From NCBI GenBank assembly GCA_034408725.1, contig JAWXCN010000200.1:20385-84384 (forward strand): 64,000 nucleotides of DNA. Reading direction: 5' to 3'. The translations under genes were made by a program, and so were the position numbers. The stretch comes from Candidatus Hydrogenedentota bacterium (GTDB lineage: Bacteria > Hydrogenedentota > Hydrogenedentia > Hydrogenedentales > SLHB01). Numbering within the stretch: position 1 is the first letter of the stretch; each line of letters begins with the position of its first letter. Of the stretch, positions 51,415 through 60,034 are shown in pieces. The notes below the pieces were generated by a model, which saw nothing but the letters and a program-made list of their open reading frames with translations, had not been told where the DNA came from and did not search any database.

Positions 51415-51756
51415 ATGAACGGACCGGTTTTCGACTCAATTTCAATAAACGATTTTTCAAACGAAAAGTACCAAAAAGTAAACCTCTACGAGTCCCACCG
51501 ACTGTTTTGCGACGTGTATTGCCTGCTACCTGGCCAGAGCCAGCGTCCTCATGTTCACAATGACGAGGACAAGGTTTACCACGGCCTGACCGGCACCTGC
51601 GACGTTCAAATCGGCGAAGTGGTGCAGCCGCTGCCGCCTGGGCACACCGCCATCGCGGCCGCGGGCGTGTTGCACGCAATCACCAACAATTCGGATTCGC
51701 CCGCAACCGTTCTCGCGGTTATGGCGCCACACCCACGGCTTCGGACAAGCAGCTAG
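51415..51756 (+). CDS. Cupin domain protein
   Basis: PGQSQRPHVH...DKVY...G and HAITN motifs. Confidence 0.88.
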   Translation: MNGPVFDSISINDFSNEKYQKVNLYESHRLFCDVYCLLPGQSQRPHVHNDEDKVYHGLTGTCDVQIGEVVQPLPPGHTAIAAAGVLHAITNNSDSPATVLAVMAPHPRLRTSS

Positions 51757-51933
51757 TGTCCTGAGTTTGAGATTCGTTCGATATGCAGTTTGGAAATCAG
51801 ACCTTACATCCCCCTAAATCCCCCTTCAAAGGGGGACTTTGAAGATCAGATTATGAAATCCCCCTTCACGGGGACTTTTAAGATCGGATTAAGCGTGTGA
51901 CTTTTGCCAAGGATTTGCGATTCATGACACTAG
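51753..51933. mobile_element. MITE copy 3; its left CTAG overlaps the cupin stop codon
   Basis: CTAGTGTCCTGAGTTTGAGATTCG...TTGCGATTCATGACACTAG. Confidence 0.85.
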
Positions 51934-51980
51934 CAATCGGCGCTACGGCGACTTTTTCGAATCTGCGCGGGATGGCGAGT

Positions 51981-54620
51981 TCAATCATCGCCGTCTTTCT
52001 GCGCGTTCATGCCGGGCCAATGTTCCGCGCCGACCTGCCGGCGCTGGGCCAGCTTCGGATAGGGTGTGTCATAACCTTTTACGGCGTGCCACAGAATCAG
52101 GTTAAACGTCGTTTCGTCAGCCATATCGATGTCGTCCAACGGCTGTTCGTGTGACAGCTTCGCATAGTGCAGTTGCTTGCCACTTAGCGTTGCAAGTTTG
52201 GGGTTCATTTCATCCAATGGAATGTTGTTCGGAACCGCGATGTATGGGGCCGGGTCCGGTTCGTTCATGAAGCAGTTGTCCATCGGGTTCGCGGCGAGAT
52301 CGAGTTGGTTCATGGGCGGTAACCCGAGAATCAGTTCCATCGTGCGCAGCATGCTGCTCTGGTTGTAGTGCGTGCTGTCGACGGTCTTGCGCTTGACATA
52401 GGGGCTGATGCAAAGCGCAACGGTGCGGTGCCCATCCACGTGGTCCAGCCCCGCCTGCGGATCATCTTCGACCACGAAGATGGCGGTCTCCGGCCAATAC
52501 TTGCTGTGGCTCACGGCTTCGACAATTTGCCCCAACGCAAGGTCGTTATCGGCGACGGCGGCGCGGGGCGTGGGCATTCCTTCGCGGGTGCCCGAAGTGT
52601 GATCGTTGGGCAACAACATGATCATGAAGTTCGGCAGGTTGCCGTTCTTTTCAAATTCTTTCAGCTCTCGAATAAAATGCTGGGCGCGGTATACGTCCTG
52701 CACCTTACCTGGAAACCCGATAAATTCGGGACAGAGGTAGGGTTCGAGCGTGTGCAGTTCCGTGGTCGCGCGAATGGAGACGTTCCGCGTGCCGTTTTTG
52801 TAGTCGTTATAGATGTCCGTCCACGTCGCTGATGAAGGTTCGATCTTAGCCTTGACGAATTCCCCGTAACACCGGAACGACAAGCCCGCGCGCAATACGT
52901 AGTCCCAGATGAATCCCGACGATGCATAGGCCAGCGCGTCATCGCCGTCGTAGGGGTAGCTGCGGGAGAAATCGCCAAAACTTTTTTCGAGGTAGTCGGT
53001 TACGAAACCTTCGTTGCTCCATTGATGGCCGTCCGCGCTGAGCACGCCGTTGCAGTAAAAATTGTCGAGCAACACAAACTGCTCGGCGAGCGCGTGGTGG
53101 TTCGGGGTGACGTCGCGGCCAAACAACACCAGCCGCGGGTCGCCGTTGCCCTGCTGCATGTCGCCGAAGACCTGGTCGTACGTGCGGTTCTCTTTAATGA
53201 TGTACAGCACGTGTTTGATTGGAGAGACGTCGCCGGGCCTTTCGGGCACGGGGACGGTGCGCGATTCACCCTTGGTTAGCGTCAATTGTTCGTGGATGCG
53301 CGGAAGCCGCATGTTGCTGGCGACGCGCGTCGTGTATGGCTCCAATTCCGCCGGCGTTGGCACATTGACGATCGAAAGCGAACCGAGGTGGTCGTGCGAA
53401 TTGAAGCCGGACCAGTTTTCTCCAAAGCGCGACTTCTTTTCCTCCGGGTTTGCTTTTTCATTCCGGCTGCCGACACCCTTGGTATTCGCGACGTACAAGG
53501 TATTCTCGTTAAGAAGTATCGCTCCGGGGTACCAGCCGGTGGGAATCAGCCCGGTTACGCGTTTGGTGTTTACATCGACCACCGCAATAGCGTTGTTGCC
53601 GCCGTTGCACACATATAGCGTGTTGCCGTCCGCGGAAACGGTGAGCGCATTTGGCGCGCAACCAAACGGGAGTTCCGCCATTGGTTTCACGCCCAGCGTG
53701 TCAATCACGGTGTCAGAAGTGGTATCGATGACTGAAACCGTGTCGCTGTTAGCGTTGGCGACGTAGAGGCGCGAGCCATCGGGCGACAGAGCCATTTCGC
53801 TGGGGTGCAACTGAACTTCAATTTCCGCTGTCACTGCGCGGGTTGCGCGATCTATGACGGAGACCGTTCCCGATGAAGCTATGCCCGTTTGCGGATCGAC
53901 GAGCACGCGGCTACCGGCGGTGGGTCCCGTCACTTCTCCCTCGCGCGGGCGGCGGCCACCCCAATTCGTGACGTATAACTTCGCGCCGTGCGCCAATACC
54001 GTGTACGGCGCGATGCCGACGGGTATTTCGATTTCAACCGATTTTGTTTCGAGATTGATGACGCCAACGGAATTGTTCCGGCTCAGGGTCACATAAGCGA
54101 GCCCATTTTCGCCGAGCGTCAACCCGCCGGGACTGGAATTCTTGTCGCCGGGGCCTGGCAACAAAATCTCAATCTCCCATGCGAATGAGTTGTCTGGCTT
54201 GCGCACTGCGCCGCGAAGAAACTGGTCCGGCGAAGTGTTCCATAGAATGTTTCCGTCGCGCGACCATGCGAGCCCGCAGAAGCTGTTGCCGCCAGATGGA
54301 AGTTTCAAGGTCTGCGCGATTTGTTTCGTTTCCCTATTGATGAAAATCACATCGTTCTTACCCTTCACGGCGAGTAGCGCGCCATCGGGGCTTAACGCGA
54401 GGTCCACCGGCCGGCCGGGAAACAGAATTTGTTCGCCCGCGGGCTCGATGCGCTGCGTCGTAGGCACGACGTAAGTGCCGTCGTCCTGCGGACCGACCGC
54501 GGCCATTACCAAAAACTCGTCAGGACCGATGCCCAGTGCTTCGTCTATACCCCTTGGGTTGGGCGAGGTCGCGCAGCTTGCAATGAGCAACAGGGCCAGG
54601 GCGGAGATTCGTACACGCAT
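51981..54620 (-). CDS. Bifunctional YncE/YVTN beta-propeller + phosphoesterase (alkaline phosphatase superfamily) lipoprotein
   Basis: Lipobox IASC; LYVTNWG and LYVANA repeats; IKENRTYDQV, SADGHQW, LPNDHT and EDDPQAGLDHVD motifs. Confidence 0.9.
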   Translation of the reverse strand: MRVRISALALLLIASCATSPNPRGIDEALGIGPDEFLVMAAVGPQDDGTYVVPTTQRIEPAGEQILFPGRPVDLALSPDGALLAVKGKNDVIFINRETKQIAQTLKLPSGGNSFCGLAWSRDGNILWNTSPDQFLRGAVRKPDNSFAWEIEILLPGPGDKNSSPGGLTLGENGLAYVTLSRNNSVGVINLETKSVEIEIPVGIAPYTVLAHGAKLYVTNWGGRRPREGEVTGPTAGSRVLVDPQTGIASSGTVSVIDRATRAVTAEIEVQLHPSEMALSPDGSRLYVANANSDTVSVIDTTSDTVIDTLGVKPMAELPFGCAPNALTVSADGNTLYVCNGGNNAIAVVDVNTKRVTGLIPTGWYPGAILLNENTLYVANTKGVGSRNEKANPEEKKSRFGENWSGFNSHDHLGSLSIVNVPTPAELEPYTTRVASNMRLPRIHEQLTLTKGESRTVPVPERPGDVSPIKHVLYIIKENRTYDQVFGDMQQGNGDPRLVLFGRDVTPNHHALAEQFVLLDNFYCNGVLSADGHQWSNEGFVTDYLEKSFGDFSRSYPYDGDDALAYASSGFIWDYVLRAGLSFRCYGEFVKAKIEPSSATWTDIYNDYKNGTRNVSIRATTELHTLEPYLCPEFIGFPGKVQDVYRAQHFIRELKEFEKNGNLPNFMIMLLPNDHTSGTREGMPTPRAAVADNDLALGQIVEAVSHSKYWPETAIFVVEDDPQAGLDHVDGHRTVALCISPYVKRKTVDSTHYNQSSMLRTMELILGLPPMNQLDLAANPMDNCFMNEPDPAPYIAVPNNIPLDEMNPKLATLSGKQLHYAKLSHEQPLDDIDMADETTFNLILWHAVKGYDTPYPKLAQRRQVGAEHWPGMNAQKDGDD

Positions 54621-54695
54621 GGTTGGCTCCCCAGAATTAGATGCCGCAGTGTACGGCTGACGCCGCACCGGGTCAATGGCGGTAGTGTCTCATTT

Positions 54696-55520
54696 TCAAA
54701 GCGCCGCAATTTCTTCAAGGCTCCAGACGTGATCGGACACGCCAGCGGCCATTGCCGGAGTAATCCGCAGAGTCTTATGGATTCGCGCAAAATTGTAGTG
54801 CATGTAGTGAAGGGCTACCGCGTGTTCGAGGTTCTCGATCTTCTTACTGAACCCGTTCGTAAGCCGTGTAAAGCGCCGCATTCCCATGCGCATGCTCAGA
54901 TTTTGCCTTTCAACAAATGCCGTACTGATATTCTTCTGGTCGGGATTGCCTGATACGCGCCGCTTGCTCGTTCCCGTGCATTCTGCGGGGCTGTAGCGCC
55001 GGTCAGACTCTTTACCCAAGGGCGCACCAAACACCTTTATCAGCATTCCGTAATCAATTTCACATCCAAAAGCCGCTTCGACGGCCTCAAGGTAGCAGTG
55101 GTGTCCATCGGTCGATAGTTGTACGCGGTTGCTTAATCGTGCCGCAACGTCGTACATGAATGCATGCGCGTACTGTGCGTCACGGCGGCCTACAAGCCAC
55201 GAGATCGCCAGCTTAGAGTTAGAGTCAATCGCAACCCATGTATACACATCACCAAGGCCCAGCACGCCCTTCATTTCGGCTGGAACATTCTTTTCCTTCA
55301 TGGCGCAAAAACACCATGCCTCATCGCATTCAACGCGCTTGCTTGCCAGATTGCGAATATTCGCGTCGTGATAAACTGCGCATGCGGTTCCCGCATCAAC
55401 GAGTAGCTTCGTGACTGTGTTAATCGACACGTCCATCATGCGGGAAGTGGAACGCATGCTATTGCCTTCAACAAGGCATCCGATGATTTTTGCGCGCTCC
55501 TGATTGCTCAAGCGGTTCAT
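54696..55520 (-). CDS. IS1-family DDE transposase (single ORF)
   Basis: N-terminal HTH; VECDEAW, STDG and VERQNLSMR...RRFTRLTNGFSKK motifs. Confidence 0.92.
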   Translation of the reverse strand: MNRLSNQERAKIIGCLVEGNSMRSTSRMMDVSINTVTKLLVDAGTACAVYHDANIRNLASKRVECDEAWCFCAMKEKNVPAEMKGVLGLGDVYTWVAIDSNSKLAISWLVGRRDAQYAHAFMYDVAARLSNRVQLSTDGHHCYLEAVEAAFGCEIDYGMLIKVFGAPLGKESDRRYSPAECTGTSKRRVSGNPDQKNISTAFVERQNLSMRMGMRRFTRLTNGFSKKIENLEHAVALHYMHYNFARIHKTLRITPAMAAGVSDHVWSLEEIAAL

Positions 55521-55563
55521 GCGTGGACCTCCAATAAGGATATTATGCTTGAGCGGTCAAGAA

Positions 55564-55625
55564 AATGCAAGCATTTATATTGCAATGCTTGCATTCTATC
55601 TATAAATGCGCTACTATGCAAGCAT
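55564..55625. promoter_or_regulatory. ATGCAAGCAT operator-like boxes between divergent IS genes
   Basis: AATGCAAGCATT (55564-75) and AATGCTTGCATT (55584-95) form a perfect dyad; third box at 55616-25. Confidence 0.55.
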
Positions 55626-55647
55626 AACCTACGGGAGTGCATGCATC

Positions 55648-56727
55648 ATGGAACGCATCGACCTAATGAAAGCTGAGGGAAAAGCAAAAGGTGGGTTGGC
55701 TCGCGCGGCGAAGCTAACTTCGGAAGAAAGGAGGCAGATCGCAAGAGCGGCCGCGCAGTCTCGCTGGGCACAAGCGCAAAGCGCATCGGATGAAACGCCG
55801 AAAGCGCTCCCATATAAGGGGGTTCTTAATCTGGGTGGCGTTAAATTACCTTGCGCCGTAATCAGCGGAAAGAACGGAATTCAAAGAGTACTTACCGAAA
55901 CAGGCATTTCAAAAGCCGTTCTGGGTAGTCGCAGCGGCGCATCGCGGCTCCGGGCGAAAATGATGGAGGAAGGAGGGACCTCTTTGCCTATTTTTTTGGC
56001 TCCAAGTCAGCTTAAGCCTTTCATTGGAAACGATTTAGATAGTGGGCCCCTTATTCCAATTATTTATATGGATAACGATAGGCTTGTCCGTGCCTACGAT
56101 GCGTCAGTCCTGCCAATCGTTTGTGATATTTGGCTCAAAGCGAGAGAAGCAGGGGCATTGCAGCGCGGGCAATATCCAAAAGCCCAGAAGGCCGAATTAC
56201 TTACTCGGGCGTTGGCACAAACAGGAATTGTAGCGCTAATTGATGAAGTAACAGGCTACGAAAAAATCCGCCCTCAAAATGCACTACAAGCCTACCTCGA
56301 TCTGGTTATAAGAAAAGAATTGGCGGCATGGGCAAAGAAATTTCCAGATGAGTTTTACGAAAACATTTATAAACTCAAAGGGTGGCAATGGCCCGGCATG
56401 CAGAAGAATCGATTCAGCGTAGTAGCGCATTACACACGCGATCTAGTGTACGAGCGGTTAGGGCCTGGCGTTCTCGCAGAATTAGAACGCAAAACACCTA
56501 AAAATGACAAAGGGAATAGGCCAAACGCGCTTCATCAGTTTTTGACGGAAGATATTGGAGATCCGATGCTCGCCCAGCATATGCACGCCTTGCTGATGTT
56601 TCAGCGCTTGGCTCTTGCAAACGGCAATGGATGGCAAAAATTCTTACAGATGATAAATCAGGTGTTGCCTCGACGCGGCCAAAATCTCGAAATAGCGTTT
56701 GAGGCTAATTCTTCCAGCGAGCCTTAG
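55648..56727 (+). CDS. P63C-domain protein with N-terminal KGG-type basic motif
   Basis: LPCAVI...RVL, ALAQTGIVALIDEVTGYE, WAKKFPDEFYENIYKL, VYERLGPGVL and LHQFLTEDIG motifs. Confidence 0.85.
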   Translation: MERIDLMKAEGKAKGGLARAAKLTSEERRQIARAAAQSRWAQAQSASDETPKALPYKGVLNLGGVKLPCAVISGKNGIQRVLTETGISKAVLGSRSGASRLRAKMMEEGGTSLPIFLAPSQLKPFIGNDLDSGPLIPIIYMDNDRLVRAYDASVLPIVCDIWLKAREAGALQRGQYPKAQKAELLTRALAQTGIVALIDEVTGYEKIRPQNALQAYLDLVIRKELAAWAKKFPDEFYENIYKLKGWQWPGMQKNRFSVVAHYTRDLVYERLGPGVLAELERKTPKNDKGNRPNALHQFLTEDIGDPMLAQHMHALLMFQRLALANGNGWQKFLQMINQVLPRRGQNLEIAFEANSSSEP

Positions 56728-56932
56728 CCGCTTTCTTCGCTATAGCCTTACGCCGCGTCGCCGACAACGATTCCGCGCGAGCCTTGCCGCCCTTGAGTCC
56801 ACCAAGACGGCCCAAGGCAACGGCGGCAGGGTTCTTCTCTGGCGGGGCCTGCTCCGTCTTGTCGATAGTATTCTGAACCAACCGCGCGGCGATCTGATTC
56901 GCGTCTTGGCTTTTGCTTGAGCGTTTAGGCAT
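56705..56932 (-). CDS. Small basic 'histone H1-like' protein
   Basis: DANQIA...KNPAAVALGRLGGLKGGKARAESLS...AIAKKAAKARW. Confidence 0.85.
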   Translation of the reverse strand: MPKRSSKSQDANQIAARLVQNTIDKTEQAPPEKNPAAVALGRLGGLKGGKARAESLSATRRKAIAKKAAKARWKN

Positions 56933-57012
56933 GACTCAAGTATGCCACAAAGTTTATGCCGTGTCATCCGTGGATTTTTTCAAACTGAGACACTACCTCA
57001 ATGGCTGTCGTA

Positions 57013-57042
57013 TTGACGCTTTGGAGTAAGCTGTGCTAGCGT
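57013..57042 (+). promoter_or_regulatory. Putative sigma70 promoter for the small ORF-ferritin operon
   Basis: TTGACG-N18-TAGCGT with an extended -10 TG. Confidence 0.4.
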
Positions 57043-57077
57043 GACGCATCCGGCCAACAAAAGGAGATAGACCCGCA

Positions 57078-57194
57078 ATGAAACACATCAACGTCATTTC
57101 TCAGCCACGCACGGCGGTGATCGGCCCCGGGTACACGTTTTTGCAGCAATTGGCCCTGTTTCTGACAAAGGGTAAGGCCCTTCGGTTTCTATGA
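57078..57194 (+). CDS. 38-aa small ORF translationally coupled to ferritin (not in the ORF track)
   Basis: AAGGAGA RBS; MKHINVISQPRTAVIGPGYTFLQQLALFLTKGKALRFL*; its stop overlaps the ferritin ATG (ATGA). Confidence 0.65.
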   Translation: MKHINVISQPRTAVIGPGYTFLQQLALFLTKGKALRFL

Positions 57195-57712
57195 TCAGCC
57201 CAAACCTCGAGAAAGCGCTCAACAAGCAGCTCAATCTTGAGCTGTATTCGGCGTATGTCTATGCGGCGATGGCGGCGCATTTCGAGCACAAGCACCTGAA
57301 CGGGTTTGCGAACTGGATGCGGTTGCAGGTCAAGGAAGAAGTGGACCATGCGATCAAGTTCTACGCGTATATCGGCGATATCAGTGGACGCATCGAGCTG
57401 GACGCTATCGCCAAACCGCCGACGGATTTCAAAACGGTATTGTCGGTGTTTGAGGATTCCCTCGCGCATGAGCGAACTGTTACCACGGCCATTTACAAGC
57501 TGATGGACCTTGCGCTTTCGGAGTCGCACCACGCGACGAGCACGTTCCTGCAATGGTTCGTGACCGAGCAGGTGGAAGAGGAAAAAGTTGCGGATGATAT
57601 CCGTAAACGTCTCGAGCTTGTTGGGAATTCACCAGAAGGGTTATTCATGCTCGACCATGAACTCGGGCTCCGGAAAGCCGGTGAATCTGACGGCAAGGAT
57701 TCCGGCAGCTAA
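57191..57712 (+). CDS. ftnA: Non-heme ferritin
   Basis: LNKQLNLELYSAYVY, EEVDHA, HERTVT and FLQWFVTEQVEEE motifs. Confidence 0.95.
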   Translation: MISPNLEKALNKQLNLELYSAYVYAAMAAHFEHKHLNGFANWMRLQVKEEVDHAIKFYAYIGDISGRIELDAIAKPPTDFKTVLSVFEDSLAHERTVTTAIYKLMDLALSESHHATSTFLQWFVTEQVEEEKVADDIRKRLELVGNSPEGLFMLDHELGLRKAGESDGKDSGS

Positions 57713-57738
57713 CACAATGTAAGCGGTCAATTTATTGC

Positions 57739-57775
57739 GGGTCTCGCTTCTGCTGAAGCGAGGCCCTCTTTTTTT
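57739..57775 (+). terminator. Rho-independent terminator
   Basis: GGGTCTCGCTTC-tgct-GAAGCGAGGCCC followed by TCTTTTTTT. Confidence 0.8.
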
Positions 57776-57824
57776 ATTCGCGGGAGCAAAATAGGAACAG
57801 GACGCCCGGCGTGGAAGCCGGGCG

Positions 57825-58457
57825 CTACGTAAATTCCATTTCCGTTGCATTCAGATGTATCGGGTCGGATGGGTTGTGGGTGGCCAATACTACCGCTGCT
57901 TTCTCTTCGCGCATTCGGCGCAGGAGTTCGGCGACAATCAATTCGCGCAACGCGTTGTTCAGGTTTGAAAATGGTTCGTCGAGGAGGAGCAGTCGCGGTT
58001 GGGTGACCAGGGCACGGGCAAGCGCGAGCCGCTGTTGTTCGCCACCGGACATGGTTCCGGGATACGACTTTGCGCAATGTTCGAGTTGCAACCACGACAA
58101 CATCTCGCGCGCGCGATCGAGCCGTTCAGCACGGGCAATGCCGCGTCCGCGCAAGACGAACTCGAGATGCTTTTCCGCGCGCATGTGCGGCCAGAGCGCA
58201 AAATCCTGAAAGACCATGCCAATGCCGCGCGTCTCTGGCAGTTCGTGAACACTGCGCGACGAAACGGAGCGTCCGCCGATTGATATTTTCCCGGCATCGA
58301 CTGTTTCCAGTCCGGCGATGAGCCGGAGCATCGTCGTCTTGCCGCTGCCGGAGGGGCCGATGAGCGCGAGCGCGCTACCAGCATCGACACGCGCGGTGAG
58401 GTTTGCCACGATGGTGCGGCTGCCAAACTTCTTGTGTACGCCATCGAGTTCAAGCAC
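57825..58457 (-). CDS. Fe3+-type ABC transporter ATP-binding subunit (short, no C-terminal regulatory domain)
   Basis: GPSGSGKTT, GMVFQDFALWPH, MSGGEQQR and LDEPFSNL motifs. Confidence 0.9.
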   Translation of the reverse strand: MLELDGVHKKFGSRTIVANLTARVDAGSALALIGPSGSGKTTMLRLIAGLETVDAGKISIGGRSVSSRSVHELPETRGIGMVFQDFALWPHMRAEKHLEFVLRGRGIARAERLDRAREMLSWLQLEHCAKSYPGTMSGGEQQRLALARALVTQPRLLLLDEPFSNLNNALRELIVAELLRRMREEKAAVVLATHNPSDPIHLNATEMEFT

Positions 58458-60034
58458 GACGATGCACCCTGCGGGAAATTACATATGCGGCGGTTGCGCC
58501 GCAGGCTGCGACAGTCCCGACGCTCGCGATTGTTAATATGCACAGCGCCGCGACGAACGAATCCGGTCCGTAGTGCATCAGCGAAAATAGCCGCACCGCG
58601 AACGTGCTCTGGCCGGGCGGACAAAGCAGTACGGCTGCATCCACTTCGCCGAGGGAAAATACGAAGAATAACACCCACACTACAATGATGAGCGGAAGCG
58701 TCAAAGGTAACACGATCATGGTTAGGCTTCGCCACCAGGTCAGGCCCGCAACGGCCGCGGCTTCCTGCATGCGCGCGGAGTGTCCCGCGAAAGCGGCGGG
58801 AAACAATGTATCGCCCAGCGCGAAGAAGCGTGTGCCGCAGGCCAACACGAGGACTAGAAGACTGTCGTACACCGCGCCAAACAAGCCCGAGCGGTTCCAC
58901 ACGCCAATCATTCCCAGCGCCACCAGCGAACCCGGCAATATGAATGCCGCGAGCGCCACCGTGTTTAGAATTCGGCGTAACACGGGTTGCCGCGAGAGGC
59001 ACACGAGCGCGAACGTCATGGGTGTAAAAACGGACGCGGCTACGACCGACACCACGATGCCATTGAAAATTTCGTCGTGCGCAGTCGCCCAAACCGAGGC
59101 ATAGGTGCGCAATGGCAGCGAGCGAACGAAGAGGGCGGCGACCGGCACAATGCACGTGATAGTTGCAAGCAAAAATAACAATGCAATAGTAAACACGGTG
59201 GGTGATGGCTGAATCGCAATGGACCGTTGCGAGCCGCTAAGCCATGCGTGACGCGGCTTCACGTACACGGACCAAGCGATAAACACCATTGCACTCAATG
59301 CCAGTAGCGGAAGCGACTGCGCGGTGGCTGAGGCGTAGTCGAACATGGAGCTGCTCGCGTGAATCTCTACGGCGTAAGTGGTGACCTGTAACAAGGACGG
59401 CACGGCGAATGACGAAGCGGTAAGGGCGAATACTATGAGCGCGCCAGTAGCGATTGCGGGCAATAGCAGTGGCAGGGCTATGCGCAGGAAAATGCCGCCG
59501 TGTTGCCCGCCTACACGCGCGGCTTCCGCAAGCCTTTGATCGAATCGGTGCAGACCCGCAAGCGTGGCGATCATCGGAATCGGAAACGCAGTCAGTGACA
59601 AAATAAAGATTGCGCCGAATAGGTTGAATGGTGATGGCGCGGGCGCTGTGCCCGGCAAGGCAATGTGTACAAACTGCGCGAGGTAGCCGTTTCTGCCGAG
59701 GACATCCACCCACGCGATTGCCATGATATGTTGCGGTACGACAAGTGGCATTGTGAGCACGAACGCGACGACATACCGTGCGGCAGCAGAAAGGCGTTGC
59801 AACAAGAATGCAGCTCCCGCGCCAATGAATGACGAGAATAGCGTCACCGCCGACGCGAGTCCAACCGTGCGCAGAAGCAGGGTCCATTGACGCTGAGAGA
59901 CAAGTACGGAATCGTAACCGCGGCCGCTCGACAGTGCTTGCGTGATGAGCATTGCCAAAGGCGCAACAACGACAAGCGCAAGCCGCGAGCAGCGCGAGCA
60001 ACATTGACCGGCGTCCCACTGGCACTCGGCTCAT
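58450..60034 (-). CDS. Fe3+-type ABC permease; apparent frameshift near 59980
   Basis: Two EAA loops (LAEAARVGG, MQEAAAVAG); the ATGA-coupled start at 60034 is out of frame with the body ORF 58450..59958. Confidence 0.8.

Larger units (their letters stand above)
54681..56997 (-). mobile_element. Complete IS1-family element with passenger genes (transporter IS)
   Basis: TIRs GGTAGTGTCTCA(T/G)TTT(C/G)AAA, 18/20 identical; 8-bp TSD TCAATGGC at 54673-54680 and 56998-57005. Confidence 0.93.

Noticed and set aside
51084-51416. 110-aa ORF with internal repeats
   Set aside because: Translation of the BIME-like repeat
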